A DNA stretch of 57,966 nucleotides from an uncultured archaeon. Its GTDB lineage: Archaea > Asgardarchaeota > Lokiarchaeia > Sigyniarchaeales > SOKP01. Below the pieces are notes generated by a model. That model saw only the letters and a list, made by a program, of their open reading frames with translations. It was not told where the DNA came from and ran no database searches. This document shows positions 41,782 through 51,319 of this stretch, in pieces. Within the stretch, counting starts at the first letter, position 1; each line of letters begins with the position of its first letter. Where the stretch lies: assembly GCA_964447495.1 (NCBI GenBank), contig CAYUTF010000014.1:1-57966 (forward strand). The letters are read 5' to 3'. The translations under genes were made by a program, and so were the position numbers.

Positions 41782-43194
41782 TTAATGAATTCGAACGCCT
41801 TGCTCTATTAGATGTTCTTGAACTTTTGCTAAATCAACCCTTCTACAAGTGGTATTTTCTTTTAAAGAAACGGCGGCAGCTATACCTGCACCTTGCCCTG
41901 TTACCATGCAACAGCACATCTGTCGTGTAGCGGCGTGTGAAATCTTATCTCCCGCTACGGCTCTACCTACTATGAGTAAGTTTTCGATATTTTGAGGAAC
42001 ACAAATACCATAAGGAACATGAAAGTATCTTCCTGTTGTTGGTACGATTGCGATACCATAGCCATCAATGAATTCGGGGCAAATACCGATGGAATCTTCA
42101 AAACGTGCTTGATTGCGAATATCATACTCTGTAATATTATACTCTCCGATTATTTTTCTTGACTCTCTTGTCCCTAAGGAGGCACCGATATTACGTAATC
42201 GGGCTTTTTTAAACCCAGGTGTATATTTTTTTAAGGCGTTTACCGCTAATATTACTCGTTTCCTCCCTTCAATTTCTGCTCTCGTAAGATCCCACACATT
42301 TGTGGGGTCGATATTATAGAGATGAATGCCATCCATGGAAGTTATTTCTCCCGCATCTGTATAACTCGACCAGTAACTCTCTATTTTTATGTCATTATCT
42401 TTAGGAATCTCACCCGCTTCCTGAGCTTTAAGAAAAGGTTCTACTAAGTAGGTGCTGAATCCGTCCTTATCTGCGGTCTCACCCCAATCTCCTAATTTTC
42501 CTGGATTTAAATAGACATACATTAAGAATTTTCCAATATTTACCCCACTGCATCCAAAATTTACGGTAACCTCCATTAATTCATCTTTAGGGCTCTTGTG
42601 AAATGGTGCGCCAGCAAAATAGGCGAGATCAGCATCTCCTGTGGCATCAATGATACGTTGAGCTATAATTGCTTGCCTTCCGGATTTACTCTCAGTAATT
42701 ACGCCGATAATGGTATCTTCCTCAATGATTACATCTACAACAGTGCAATGTAATAACACTTTCACTCCTACCTCTTCAAGCATCTCATCAATCAAGAATT
42801 TAAACATTTCCGTATCTAGAATTTCAAATGTAGGTTTACCATTCACCATCAATCCTTCTTGCTCCAACGTCTTAACCATATCTTTATTCTTCACATTCCC
42901 AAGAACATCAATTGTTGCATTTAATCCTTTCGCTCGACGCTCAAACTCTAACGCTATCCCTTTTGCATCAACCGTATTAGCATAACGGTACCATGCAGTC
43001 GTTCCTATCATGCATTGGGTGATCACTCCCCCACAATAACCATATCGCTCTATGATCATAGTATTTACTCCTTCTCTTGCCGCAGCAATTGCAGCAGATA
43101 TCCCTGCAGGTCCTCCACCTACTACTAAAACTTCGGTCTCAGCGATGATTGGAACCTTTCGGGATGATTCTGTAACATATTTTATGTCCTTCAT
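41782..43194 (-). CDS. FAD-dependent oxidoreductase (FAD_oxidored family), paralog of 22551-23909
   Basis: VLVVGGGPAG, IDATGDAD, RESRKI, NLLIVGR, GQGAG. Confidence 0.9.
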   Translation of the reverse strand: MKDIKYVTESSRKVPIIAETEVLVVGGGPAGISAAIAAAREGVNTMIIERYGYCGGVITQCMIGTTAWYRYANTVDAKGIALEFERRAKGLNATIDVLGNVKNKDMVKTLEQEGLMVNGKPTFEILDTEMFKFLIDEMLEEVGVKVLLHCTVVDVIIEEDTIIGVITESKSGRQAIIAQRIIDATGDADLAYFAGAPFHKSPKDELMEVTVNFGCSGVNIGKFLMYVYLNPGKLGDWGETADKDGFSTYLVEPFLKAQEAGEIPKDNDIKIESYWSSYTDAGEITSMDGIHLYNIDPTNVWDLTRAEIEGRKRVILAVNALKKYTPGFKKARLRNIGASLGTRESRKIIGEYNITEYDIRNQARFEDSIGICPEFIDGYGIAIVPTTGRYFHVPYGICVPQNIENLLIVGRAVAGDKISHAATRQMCCCMVTGQGAGIAAAVSLKENTTCRRVDLAKVQEHLIEQGVRIH

Positions 43195-43408
43195 TATATA
43201 TTCGAGATAATAGTTCTTTTTAAAATACATGTGGATTAAATAGGCATTTTTAATAAAATTATTTATTATATCGTTCTTGAGAAATTCTAAGATAAGGATA
43301 ATGGTTTAAATTTTTAGTATTAATATTAAACTAATTCCAAACAAACATTCGCCAGCAAAATTTAAATAATGAAAACTATATTTAACAAACTTATCGATTT
43401 GATACTAA

Positions 43409-45190
43409 TCAATGAATACTTTGATGCTCAAAATATTGCTTGTACAGGTGAGCATACTTCCCACCGTCGGTAAGTAGAGAATCATGCGTTCCTTCTTCTA
43501 AGATTTTTCCATGATCTAAAACAATGATTCTATCCGCATTTACAATTGTAGATAATCGATGGGCAATTATGATTGATGTACGGTTTGCCATTAATTTTTG
43601 AAGTGCCTCTTGGATTATTGCTTCGGTATAAGCATCTACACTTGAAGTCGCCTCGTCAAGAATAAGAATTTTTGGATCACTTAGGATTGCTCGAGCAAAA
43701 CTAATAATCTGCTTTTGCCCTACGGATAATCCTTTGCCTCTTTCTCCCACTCTTGTATTCAAACCTTCGGGTAAATATTTGATGATCTCTTCAGCATGAA
43801 CGGTTCTAATTGCTTTTTCCAGTTCTTCTTCAGAGGCATCAGGGTTTCCGTAGCGGATGTTTTCTTCTAAAGTGCCTGAAAATAAAAAAATATCTTGTTG
43901 AACCATAGCGATATTTCTTCTAAAGGAATCTAAAGTCATATCTCTAATATCAATTCCATCAATTTTAATAGTACCTTCTTGAAAATCATAAAATCGAGCT
44001 AAAAGGGATACTAATGATGTTTTTCCGGCTCCAGTATGACCAACAATTGCCAATTTCTCTCCTTTAGGAATTTTAAGATTGAAATCTTTAAAAACCCACT
44101 GGTTATCGTTGTATCTGAAGTTTACATGTTGAAATAAAATTTCACCGTTTAGTTCTCCTACTTCAATCGCATCGCTATTTTGTAAAATCGTTGGTTTGGA
44201 GTCAAGAATTTCTAAGATTCGCTCGTATGCCGCCATACCAGTGCTTAGTTGTGGAAAAAAGGTAGCAAGAACGATAATTGGTCTAAAAAAACTTTGCAGA
44301 TAAAGAACAAAGGTAAATATGGTTCCAGTAGTTAAATTCCCCTCTAAAAAGATTTGGGCTCCATAATAAATTATTAATAAAATTGTAATTGAGGCAATTA
44401 TGTTTAATAGATGTCTCCATAAATGTGTGATAGAAGTTAATTTAAAGTCTGAGCGAAAATAATCCCTATTAATTTCATTAAAATGATGTGAGATGGTAGA
44501 TTCTTGGCCGTAACTTTTAGAAACATGAATTCCTTCTATTGATTCCACCATTGCATTGTTCACATTCTCAATCGATTTTCTATAAGCTCTACTCACAACT
44601 CTGGCCCATCTCCGTAAGGAAAACATTAACAGCAAGACTATTGGCACGGCAATTAAGGTAATTAGGGCTAAGAATAGGTTTAATATCATTAAAATTGTAA
44701 ACGTCAATATACTTATAAGAAAATTCCCTACGGTTTCCGAAATTAAGGAGGTAATATCACCAAAATCCAAGGCATCATTCGATACTCTTGTGTTTAAAGC
44801 TCCACTTTGATACTTATCAAAAAAATCTATACCTTGTTCCTGCAATTTATCAAAAATGTCCATGCGTAAGTATTCTAAAAAGAAAGGAACAAACTTACCG
44901 TACTCTTTCCTCCGTAAGAAGAACATGATCCATTGAATAGCGGAAATAACAACATAACTCACCGCAAAAAATACTATTAGAATAAATTGACTTGAAAAAG
45001 AGGTTATGTGATCAACGGTAAATCCCACTATTAAAGGACCAAGAATTTCTGCGATTGTCGATATAAAAATAAATAATGCAATTAACGTTATATTTTTTTT
45101 AAAGGGTGCTAGTCTTTTAACATATCTACTGAATAATTCTCGATCAGAATATTTCCGTTTAGGTTTTTCTTCCATTATGCTACTATACAT
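43409..45190 (-). CDS. ABC exporter, fused TMD-NBD (half of heterodimer)
   Basis: GHTGAGKT, LSVGQKQ, ILDEATS, IAHR. Confidence 0.95.
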   Translation of the reverse strand: MYSSIMEEKPKRKYSDRELFSRYVKRLAPFKKNITLIALFIFISTIAEILGPLIVGFTVDHITSFSSQFILIVFFAVSYVVISAIQWIMFFLRRKEYGKFVPFFLEYLRMDIFDKLQEQGIDFFDKYQSGALNTRVSNDALDFGDITSLISETVGNFLISILTFTILMILNLFLALITLIAVPIVLLLMFSLRRWARVVSRAYRKSIENVNNAMVESIEGIHVSKSYGQESTISHHFNEINRDYFRSDFKLTSITHLWRHLLNIIASITILLIIYYGAQIFLEGNLTTGTIFTFVLYLQSFFRPIIVLATFFPQLSTGMAAYERILEILDSKPTILQNSDAIEVGELNGEILFQHVNFRYNDNQWVFKDFNLKIPKGEKLAIVGHTGAGKTSLVSLLARFYDFQEGTIKIDGIDIRDMTLDSFRRNIAMVQQDIFLFSGTLEENIRYGNPDASEEELEKAIRTVHAEEIIKYLPEGLNTRVGERGKGLSVGQKQIISFARAILSDPKILILDEATSSVDAYTEAIIQEALQKLMANRTSIIIAHRLSTIVNADRIIVLDHGKILEEGTHDSLLTDGGKYAHLYKQYFEHQSIH

Positions 45191-45208
45191 TCTTTTTATT
45201 TCTCTCCC

Positions 45209-46987
45209 TTATTGGTTTTTAACATTAATATTGGGTAATGGAATGAATCTTCCAAATATTCTTCTATAGTCTTCCGATCTTTTTAGTAATTCTTGGTGAT
45301 TTCCTTGGGCCACAATCATTCCTTCTCTAAGGACTAAGATTTTATCAGCAGATCGTATCGTATTTAGACGATGAGTTATAATTATGGTAGTTCTTTTCTT
45401 TAAAACATTTTCAATAGCTTTTCCTATTTTTTCTTCTGTTTCACTATCTATAGCAGATACGGAATCATCAAGAATAATTATATCTGGGTCAGTCAACAAT
45501 GCACGAGCAATTGCAATACGTTGGCACTCTCCTCCAGAAAGTCTTGTTCCGCGTTCGCCTACAATCGTCTCATAACCATTTGGAAAATCTTTAACAAAAT
45601 CATCAACTTGAGCTAAACTCGCAGCTTTTTTAATTTCTTCATCAGAGGCATCAGGCTTGCCGAATGAGATATTTTCTTTAATAGATCTTGGAAAAAGATA
45701 AATATCTTGTTCTATGTAGCCTATCCGTTTTCTTAATGTTTCAAGAGGATAATTGTTGATGTCTCTATCATCAATATAAACGAATCCATCTTGTGGTTTA
45801 TACAAAGATAAAATTATCTTTGCTAAAGTTGTCTTCCCGCACCCTGTAGGACCGACTAAGGCGACTTTTTGGAGGGGTTCAATAACAAAATTAAGATTAT
45901 TAAAAACAAGCATGCTTTTGTTATTCTCGTCCTCATAAGAAAAGGATATATCTTTAAATTCAATTTTTCCTTTCAATTTTTTGGGAGATTCCTCGGTATA
46001 ACAATTAACATCCTCGCTTTCACCCTTTGAAAGGGCATTAAATACACGCGAGCTAGCTGCAAAACCACTCATCATATCATTTGTAGCCCAAAAAATTAAA
46101 TTTGTTGGATCGATCAGCGTAATCAATAGTAAATTAGCAGCTACTAATCCGCCAATAGTAAGTGTGTTAAAATATACAAAAAAACAGCTAATTAAGAACA
46201 AATTACTTATAGCCAGGTATAGAATTAATAGAGGATAATATTTTGATTGAACATCGTTTTCTCCAATCCAATTATCTCTAAATGCTTGGACTACTGATTG
46301 GAATCTTCGTCTTTCAAATTTCTCTGTAGTAAAAAGTTTGATTACTCTAGAACCACTTATATTGTCTTGAAGTGTTATTGCTATATTGGAGTGTTTTTCC
46401 ATACGTCCTCTCACAAACGGAACGAGCTTCTTTCGATAATACAAAATAAAATAACAATACAATATAAGAAATGGTAGAAAGAATAAGGCGAGCCTTAAAT
46501 CAAGATTGCTGAATAAAACAATCATCACGATAAACACTTGTATAAACGGATAAATGTAAAATGCCCCATGGGAGATCATGGTATTTACGATTCTTAAATC
46601 ATATGTCGCAAGAGCTTGTAAGTCCCCCGTTCTTGCACTATCATGATATTTCAATGATTTCGATTGCATAACATCGAAAAATTCCGTCCGCATATTTCTT
46701 TCTATTTTTAAACCCAAAAAATGCCCTACCATCATAGAACCATAATCTAACGCAATATTAGACAAATAGATTGATAATGCGATGAATATTAAAGGCAAAA
46801 TCTCCGAAAGTACAGTAATCATTGGAATTTTATTAATAATATCTCCTAAAATTAGTGGGATTAAAGTTCTAGTATAGGTAACAAGAACAATTCCAATTAT
46901 TACACCTAAAACTAAATATTTTTGTCTGAAAAGATGATGAGAAAGCCACCATAAATAATTTTTATACCTTTTCTTTTCAATGCTCAT
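45209..46987 (-). CDS. ABC exporter, fused TMD-NBD with degenerate Walker B (partner half)
   Basis: GPTGCGKT, LSGGECQ, ILDDSVS; TM287/288-type asymmetry. Confidence 0.93.
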   Translation of the reverse strand: MSIEKKRYKNYLWWLSHHLFRQKYLVLGVIIGIVLVTYTRTLIPLILGDIINKIPMITVLSEILPLIFIALSIYLSNIALDYGSMMVGHFLGLKIERNMRTEFFDVMQSKSLKYHDSARTGDLQALATYDLRIVNTMISHGAFYIYPFIQVFIVMIVLFSNLDLRLALFFLPFLILYCYFILYYRKKLVPFVRGRMEKHSNIAITLQDNISGSRVIKLFTTEKFERRRFQSVVQAFRDNWIGENDVQSKYYPLLILYLAISNLFLISCFFVYFNTLTIGGLVAANLLLITLIDPTNLIFWATNDMMSGFAASSRVFNALSKGESEDVNCYTEESPKKLKGKIEFKDISFSYEDENNKSMLVFNNLNFVIEPLQKVALVGPTGCGKTTLAKIILSLYKPQDGFVYIDDRDINNYPLETLRKRIGYIEQDIYLFPRSIKENISFGKPDASDEEIKKAASLAQVDDFVKDFPNGYETIVGERGTRLSGGECQRIAIARALLTDPDIIILDDSVSAIDSETEEKIGKAIENVLKKRTTIIITHRLNTIRSADKILVLREGMIVAQGNHQELLKRSEDYRRIFGRFIPLPNINVKNQ

Positions 46988-47195
46988 AAAATTTGACAAT
47001 GTAATTAATATTCCATATTTATTTATACCGCGAAATCTACTATTATACGTTCTAAAAGACATGAAACAATAAAAGAGTATATAATTTTAGCTTTTTACTG
47101 ACGGATTATTAAATTTCTGATAATATAATTATTATGTATTAAACCTTAATCAATAAGTATAAAATAATGATTCAACTTTATTATTAGGACCAACA

Positions 47196-48149
47196 TTGAA
47201 CGAGATTTGGCAAAATAAGTATTTAAATAAGATAATAAACGGAGATTGCATCAAGTTATTAAAGGATATTCCTAATGAGGCAATTGATTTAGTAATTGCA
47301 GATCCTCCCTATTTTAAGGTAGTTGGACAGAAATGGGACTATATTTGGAGAACCTTAGAGGACTATCTTGATTGGTCAGTGCAATGGATAAGAGAAATCT
47401 CCCGAGTATTACGAATGGGAGGAAGCTTTTATCTCTTCGGTTATCTTCGAATATTAGCCCATATTATTCCTAAACTCGATTCCAATGGGCTGGAATTCAA
47501 ACAACAAATTATCATCGATAAAGGGATGCAAGCAGTGTCAGGGAGAGCTACTAAAAATTATACAATATTCCCAAATACCACTGAAAGTGTGCTATTGATT
47601 ATTAAAGATAATAAAAAATGGCTAAAGGAATTCTTAAAAGAAAAGCAAAAGCAAAAAGGTTGGAATTCCAAGGAAATCAATGAAAAATTAGGGGTTAAAA
47701 GCAATGGTGGCGGAATGTGGAGTATTTATACAGGTCAGAATGTGTGTGAGCAATTCCCTACAAAAGAGAGATGGTCTCAATTTGAAGACTTATTTAAGTT
47801 TTCTTTAGAGTATGAAAAAGTAAGCCAAACCTTCAACCCTATTATGGGATTTACAAATGTGTGGACAGATATTGATTTTTATAAGGAAAAAAGGATTCAT
47901 CCCACCCAAAAACCTCTAAAACTAATTAAAAGATTAATTGAAGCGAGTAGTAATCAAAATAATATCATTTTAGACCCTTTTATGGGAAGTGGAACCACTG
48001 CAATAGCATCTAAATTGTTAAACAGGAACTATATTGGATTTGAAATAGATGAGAACTATATTGAGCAAAGTAATAAACGAGTAACAACATTTAACTATAA
48101 ATATGATATGGAAAAGAAGAGAGATGTACCTTTAGATAAATTTTTCTAA
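47196..48149 (+). CDS. Orphan N6-adenine/N4-cytosine DNA methyltransferase, beta class
   Basis: IADPPY near the N-terminus, HPTQKP, LDPFMGSGTT near the C-terminus; no adjacent endonuclease. Confidence 0.93.
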   Translation: MNEIWQNKYLNKIINGDCIKLLKDIPNEAIDLVIADPPYFKVVGQKWDYIWRTLEDYLDWSVQWIREISRVLRMGGSFYLFGYLRILAHIIPKLDSNGLEFKQQIIIDKGMQAVSGRATKNYTIFPNTTESVLLIIKDNKKWLKEFLKEKQKQKGWNSKEINEKLGVKSNGGGMWSIYTGQNVCEQFPTKERWSQFEDLFKFSLEYEKVSQTFNPIMGFTNVWTDIDFYKEKRIHPTQKPLKLIKRLIEASSNQNNIILDPFMGSGTTAIASKLLNRNYIGFEIDENYIEQSNKRVTTFNYKYDMEKKRDVPLDKFF

Positions 48150-48238
48150 TTATCAAAAACAGATGATAATTATTCTCTTTTCAATAAAAGAAAAGAAAAG
48201 TAAAATTGAAAATTACGATATTTTTACAGCATTTTCTA

Positions 48239-48619
48239 TTATAAACCAAGAGCGGTTAGAGCTTTATCTATATTATCAACACCAAGGATAATACGATTAT
48301 TTTCTGCCATATAGATTAAATCAATATTCACTCCAGCATTCCCGATCTTACGGGCCATTTTTCCACCTGAACCCGCTTTTCCAGCAAGATCTGCAATATC
48401 CAAAACAATTACATCACGTATCGCACTAACAGCAAAACCTTCTTGTTCCAGGACCCATTTAGTAGTAGTGTCATCTTCAACCACTATATGTAAAATACTT
48501 TCATTATTCATTGGGATTCCGCATAATGCTTCCATATTGATGTTATGTTTACCTAGCAATTCTCCCAAATCCGCAAGAATGCCGGGTTTATTTTTCAAAA
48601 CGATTGTTAAATCTTTCAG
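48239..48619 (-). CDS. ACT domain-containing protein
   Basis: AGGAGG, then CTG at 48619 giving (M)KDLTIVLKNKPGILADLGELLGKHNIN; second ACT repeat AGVNIDLIY. Confidence 0.88.
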   Translation of the reverse strand: MKDLTIVLKNKPGILADLGELLGKHNINMEALCGIPMNNESILHIVVEDDTTTKWVLEQEGFAVSAIRDVIVLDIADLAGKAGSGGKMARKIGNAGVNIDLIYMAENNRIILGVDNIDKALTALGL

Positions 48620-48855
48620 TATAGTATACCTCCTATTTAGATTATTCTCAATTTTAATTGTATAACAATTCCTTTACACGTGATTTCATTACAAAGTATA
48701 TTTATGTCGTTACTATATTTAAGCTTTCTTTTGAAATCCTTGTCTTTTACTCTGAAAATATCAATAAAATAAAGAAAGAGGTCCTTCGGCCAATATAGAG
48801 GACAGTTTGGAAAATATCTAAACTCTACTAATATAAAGAAGGGGTATTGAGAATA

Positions 48856-51075
48856 TTATAAATTAAGCTTCTTTTTCCAGAATTCAATTTTACTCATAAT
48901 TCCCTGCCGTACTAAAAGAGGGACGAATTCCGGGTTTAAATTCAATTCTGCAATACTGATCTCAATTGGACTTAAGAGGCTTACATAGCCAATCTCATTT
49001 TGGATTCTTATTTTAATATTCTGTAGGATTGCTCCTAATTGTTGGCCAGTTTTTTTATCAAGGTTATTTTTCAAAAAATCTAATTGTTGGCTGATTGTTA
49101 GGCTTTCAAAGGATTCTGCTGATGGAGTTGGCGAAACCTGCGGGATACTTGGTATAGTTGGACTAATTTTTAGTTCAGAAGGTTGTATTGGGGTTGTTTG
49201 ATAGCTTTGCACATTGGGTTCAGTAAGTTCTTTATCTAAACCATATTTCTGAGGTGATTGTAAGGTTTCAATAGGTTTTATGGCTGGTTTGTTTATTTGA
49301 GGAATCTCAAATTGGCTCGTAGATTGTGAAAATTCTGTAGGTCTGGAAGTTGGCACATTTTTCTGCATATAAGACGCTCTAATTAAAGGAGACATTGCCT
49401 TTTGAGCACCAACCCATGCTTCTTCTAATACAGGCACGAATATCTTGATATGTTGTTGAACAATGCTTCCGATACCTCCTATTTCTATTCCCTCTTGTTC
49501 TCCAAATGTTGTTTTCGAGAGGATACATAAAATAACCTCCTCATAGTCGCGATTAATCCCCCACAAATCCTGCGCTTCCCGATTTCGATAGCTCACATTC
49601 TGCATACTTTCTAATAATTGGAGCATATCTAAATGCTCAGGATTATTTGCGTCGATATATGTAGCAATACGAATATTTATGTGTTTAGGCAAGGATTGGA
49701 GTAGCGGAACATTAATATCAATAAGAGTGGGTGCCACAATCAACAATCTCATCTTCGTTTTTGAGATCTCTTCATTAATATGAGCTTTTGCACCTTCAGT
49801 TGAACGTATAAACCAAATATCTCTCATAGACATTAAGCTTTTCTTTTTTGCTTGCTCCCAGAATTCATTGGTAGTTATTTGACTAATTTCTAACCGATTA
49901 AGAATTTTTAATAATTCTTGATTAAGTGTATTGACAACTCTCGTTGAGAAAGTATTTCTCAAATCTTCAAAAGACGTTAAAATTTGATTAGAGATGCCTT
50001 CAACCTTTTCTTCAGCATACGTTACACTATTGCTAAATTCATTGGTAATCGTTGAAAACGTATCTTCCAAAGTTTCTCCTGTTTTTGCTGATGTAACTGT
50101 AATTTCATTAACATTTTCGACGATATCTTTAATAAGCTCTCTAATCTTTGCTATCAATTTTTTGTTAAATCCCTCTACGATAATTTTCATTCTTGCATTT
50201 AATACACTATCTATAATTTGATGAACAGTTTTACTGATTACTCCTAAATGTAGTTCTTTTAAGTTATTTCCAATCAATACTTTTATTTCTTCAAATTGTT
50301 TCTCAATATCTTTCACTTCTTCATCAATAATTACCTTGGTATCATTTTCAAGATTAGATATTACCGCATTGATTTTTTGTATTTGTCCAATTATTTTGAT
50401 TGCATTGTCAACTTCCACCTTTTGCGTTTCCATTTGTGTTTCAATTTTTTCTTTTAAGTTTCTAATAAAAGTAGTATACTCATTAAGTTCATTAATTCCT
50501 TTAGTTTTTGCTTCAAGTTGGGAGAAAGACTCATTTAGTTGAGCGGGAGCGACTTCTTTTATGTTTCGTATATATTCATCAAAATTAGAAAGTTGTTTAA
50601 TTAATGCCGCATAAGGCGGTAAAGGAGCGTAATGAGGCGTCGCTCCTATGATTTCCTTATATAATCCTTTTGTTACAAATTTATCCGCAATTATCTTACA
50701 CTCTTCTTTTGTCTTATTAATAAGTATTGCCATTTCTCCTAATGATATTGCGTCTCGTCCTGTGGTTAAAAAATACAATTTTATCTCATCTTCATTTAAT
50801 TGAATATCACTTAATACCTGATATGTCAACTCTTTAGAATACGAGACGTCCTTATCTATTATATCCTCAATCGTAAATTCGCTGATCTCTAAGTTTTTGT
50901 CTAAATAGACAATTAATTTATGGGGTGGAGTTCCATGTATTGATTCTTTGACTAGCGGAAATTTGCCCGTACTTTGATAATCTGCAAGAGTAACGATAAA
51001 TTTGACTTCAGATAAACATAATTTACACGTGGTGCGTATTTCTTTTTCAGTTTTGCCTTGAAATAAGAATGCCAA
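48856..51075 (-). CDS. TrmB-like HTH, long coiled-coil and TrmB/PLD-fold-like domain protein
   Basis: N-terminal CKLC...H..PPH, LNEDEIKLY...KGL...PHYAPLPP (TrmB wHTH), about 250 aa of heptads, WFIRSTEGAKAHI...LLIVAP, Pro/Ser-rich linker, helical tail. Confidence 0.7.
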   Translation of the reverse strand: MAFLFQGKTEKEIRTTCKLCLSEVKFIVTLADYQSTGKFPLVKESIHGTPPHKLIVYLDKNLEISEFTIEDIIDKDVSYSKELTYQVLSDIQLNEDEIKLYFLTTGRDAISLGEMAILINKTKEECKIIADKFVTKGLYKEIIGATPHYAPLPPYAALIKQLSNFDEYIRNIKEVAPAQLNESFSQLEAKTKGINELNEYTTFIRNLKEKIETQMETQKVEVDNAIKIIGQIQKINAVISNLENDTKVIIDEEVKDIEKQFEEIKVLIGNNLKELHLGVISKTVHQIIDSVLNARMKIIVEGFNKKLIAKIRELIKDIVENVNEITVTSAKTGETLEDTFSTITNEFSNSVTYAEEKVEGISNQILTSFEDLRNTFSTRVVNTLNQELLKILNRLEISQITTNEFWEQAKKKSLMSMRDIWFIRSTEGAKAHINEEISKTKMRLLIVAPTLIDINVPLLQSLPKHINIRIATYIDANNPEHLDMLQLLESMQNVSYRNREAQDLWGINRDYEEVILCILSKTTFGEQEGIEIGGIGSIVQQHIKIFVPVLEEAWVGAQKAMSPLIRASYMQKNVPTSRPTEFSQSTSQFEIPQINKPAIKPIETLQSPQKYGLDKELTEPNVQSYQTTPIQPSELKISPTIPSIPQVSPTPSAESFESLTISQQLDFLKNNLDKKTGQQLGAILQNIKIRIQNEIGYVSLLSPIEISIAELNLNPEFVPLLVRQGIMSKIEFWKKKLNL

Positions 51076-51319
51076 TTTTAATATTCATCTCTTTGGAAAT
51101 ATATTTATGAATTTTTTATTCCTAATCTACTGTTATTATTTCTAATTAAACAATAATAGAACTTGTTAATAAAATTATTTTATGGTTTCAATAAATAAGT
51201 CTAGAATCGCTAATATTTTTTAAAACAAAATTATTAATATTAAGATTGCAATCATTTTACTAATTATCACCTTTAGAAAGAATGTAAGGGTTCATCTTGA
51301 TCTATGGAGTGGTTTTAGG

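Noticed and set aside
22551-43194. Two FAD oxidoreductase paralogs as one pathway
   Set aside because: They are 18 kb apart, diverged and without shared context; paralog expansion suffices.
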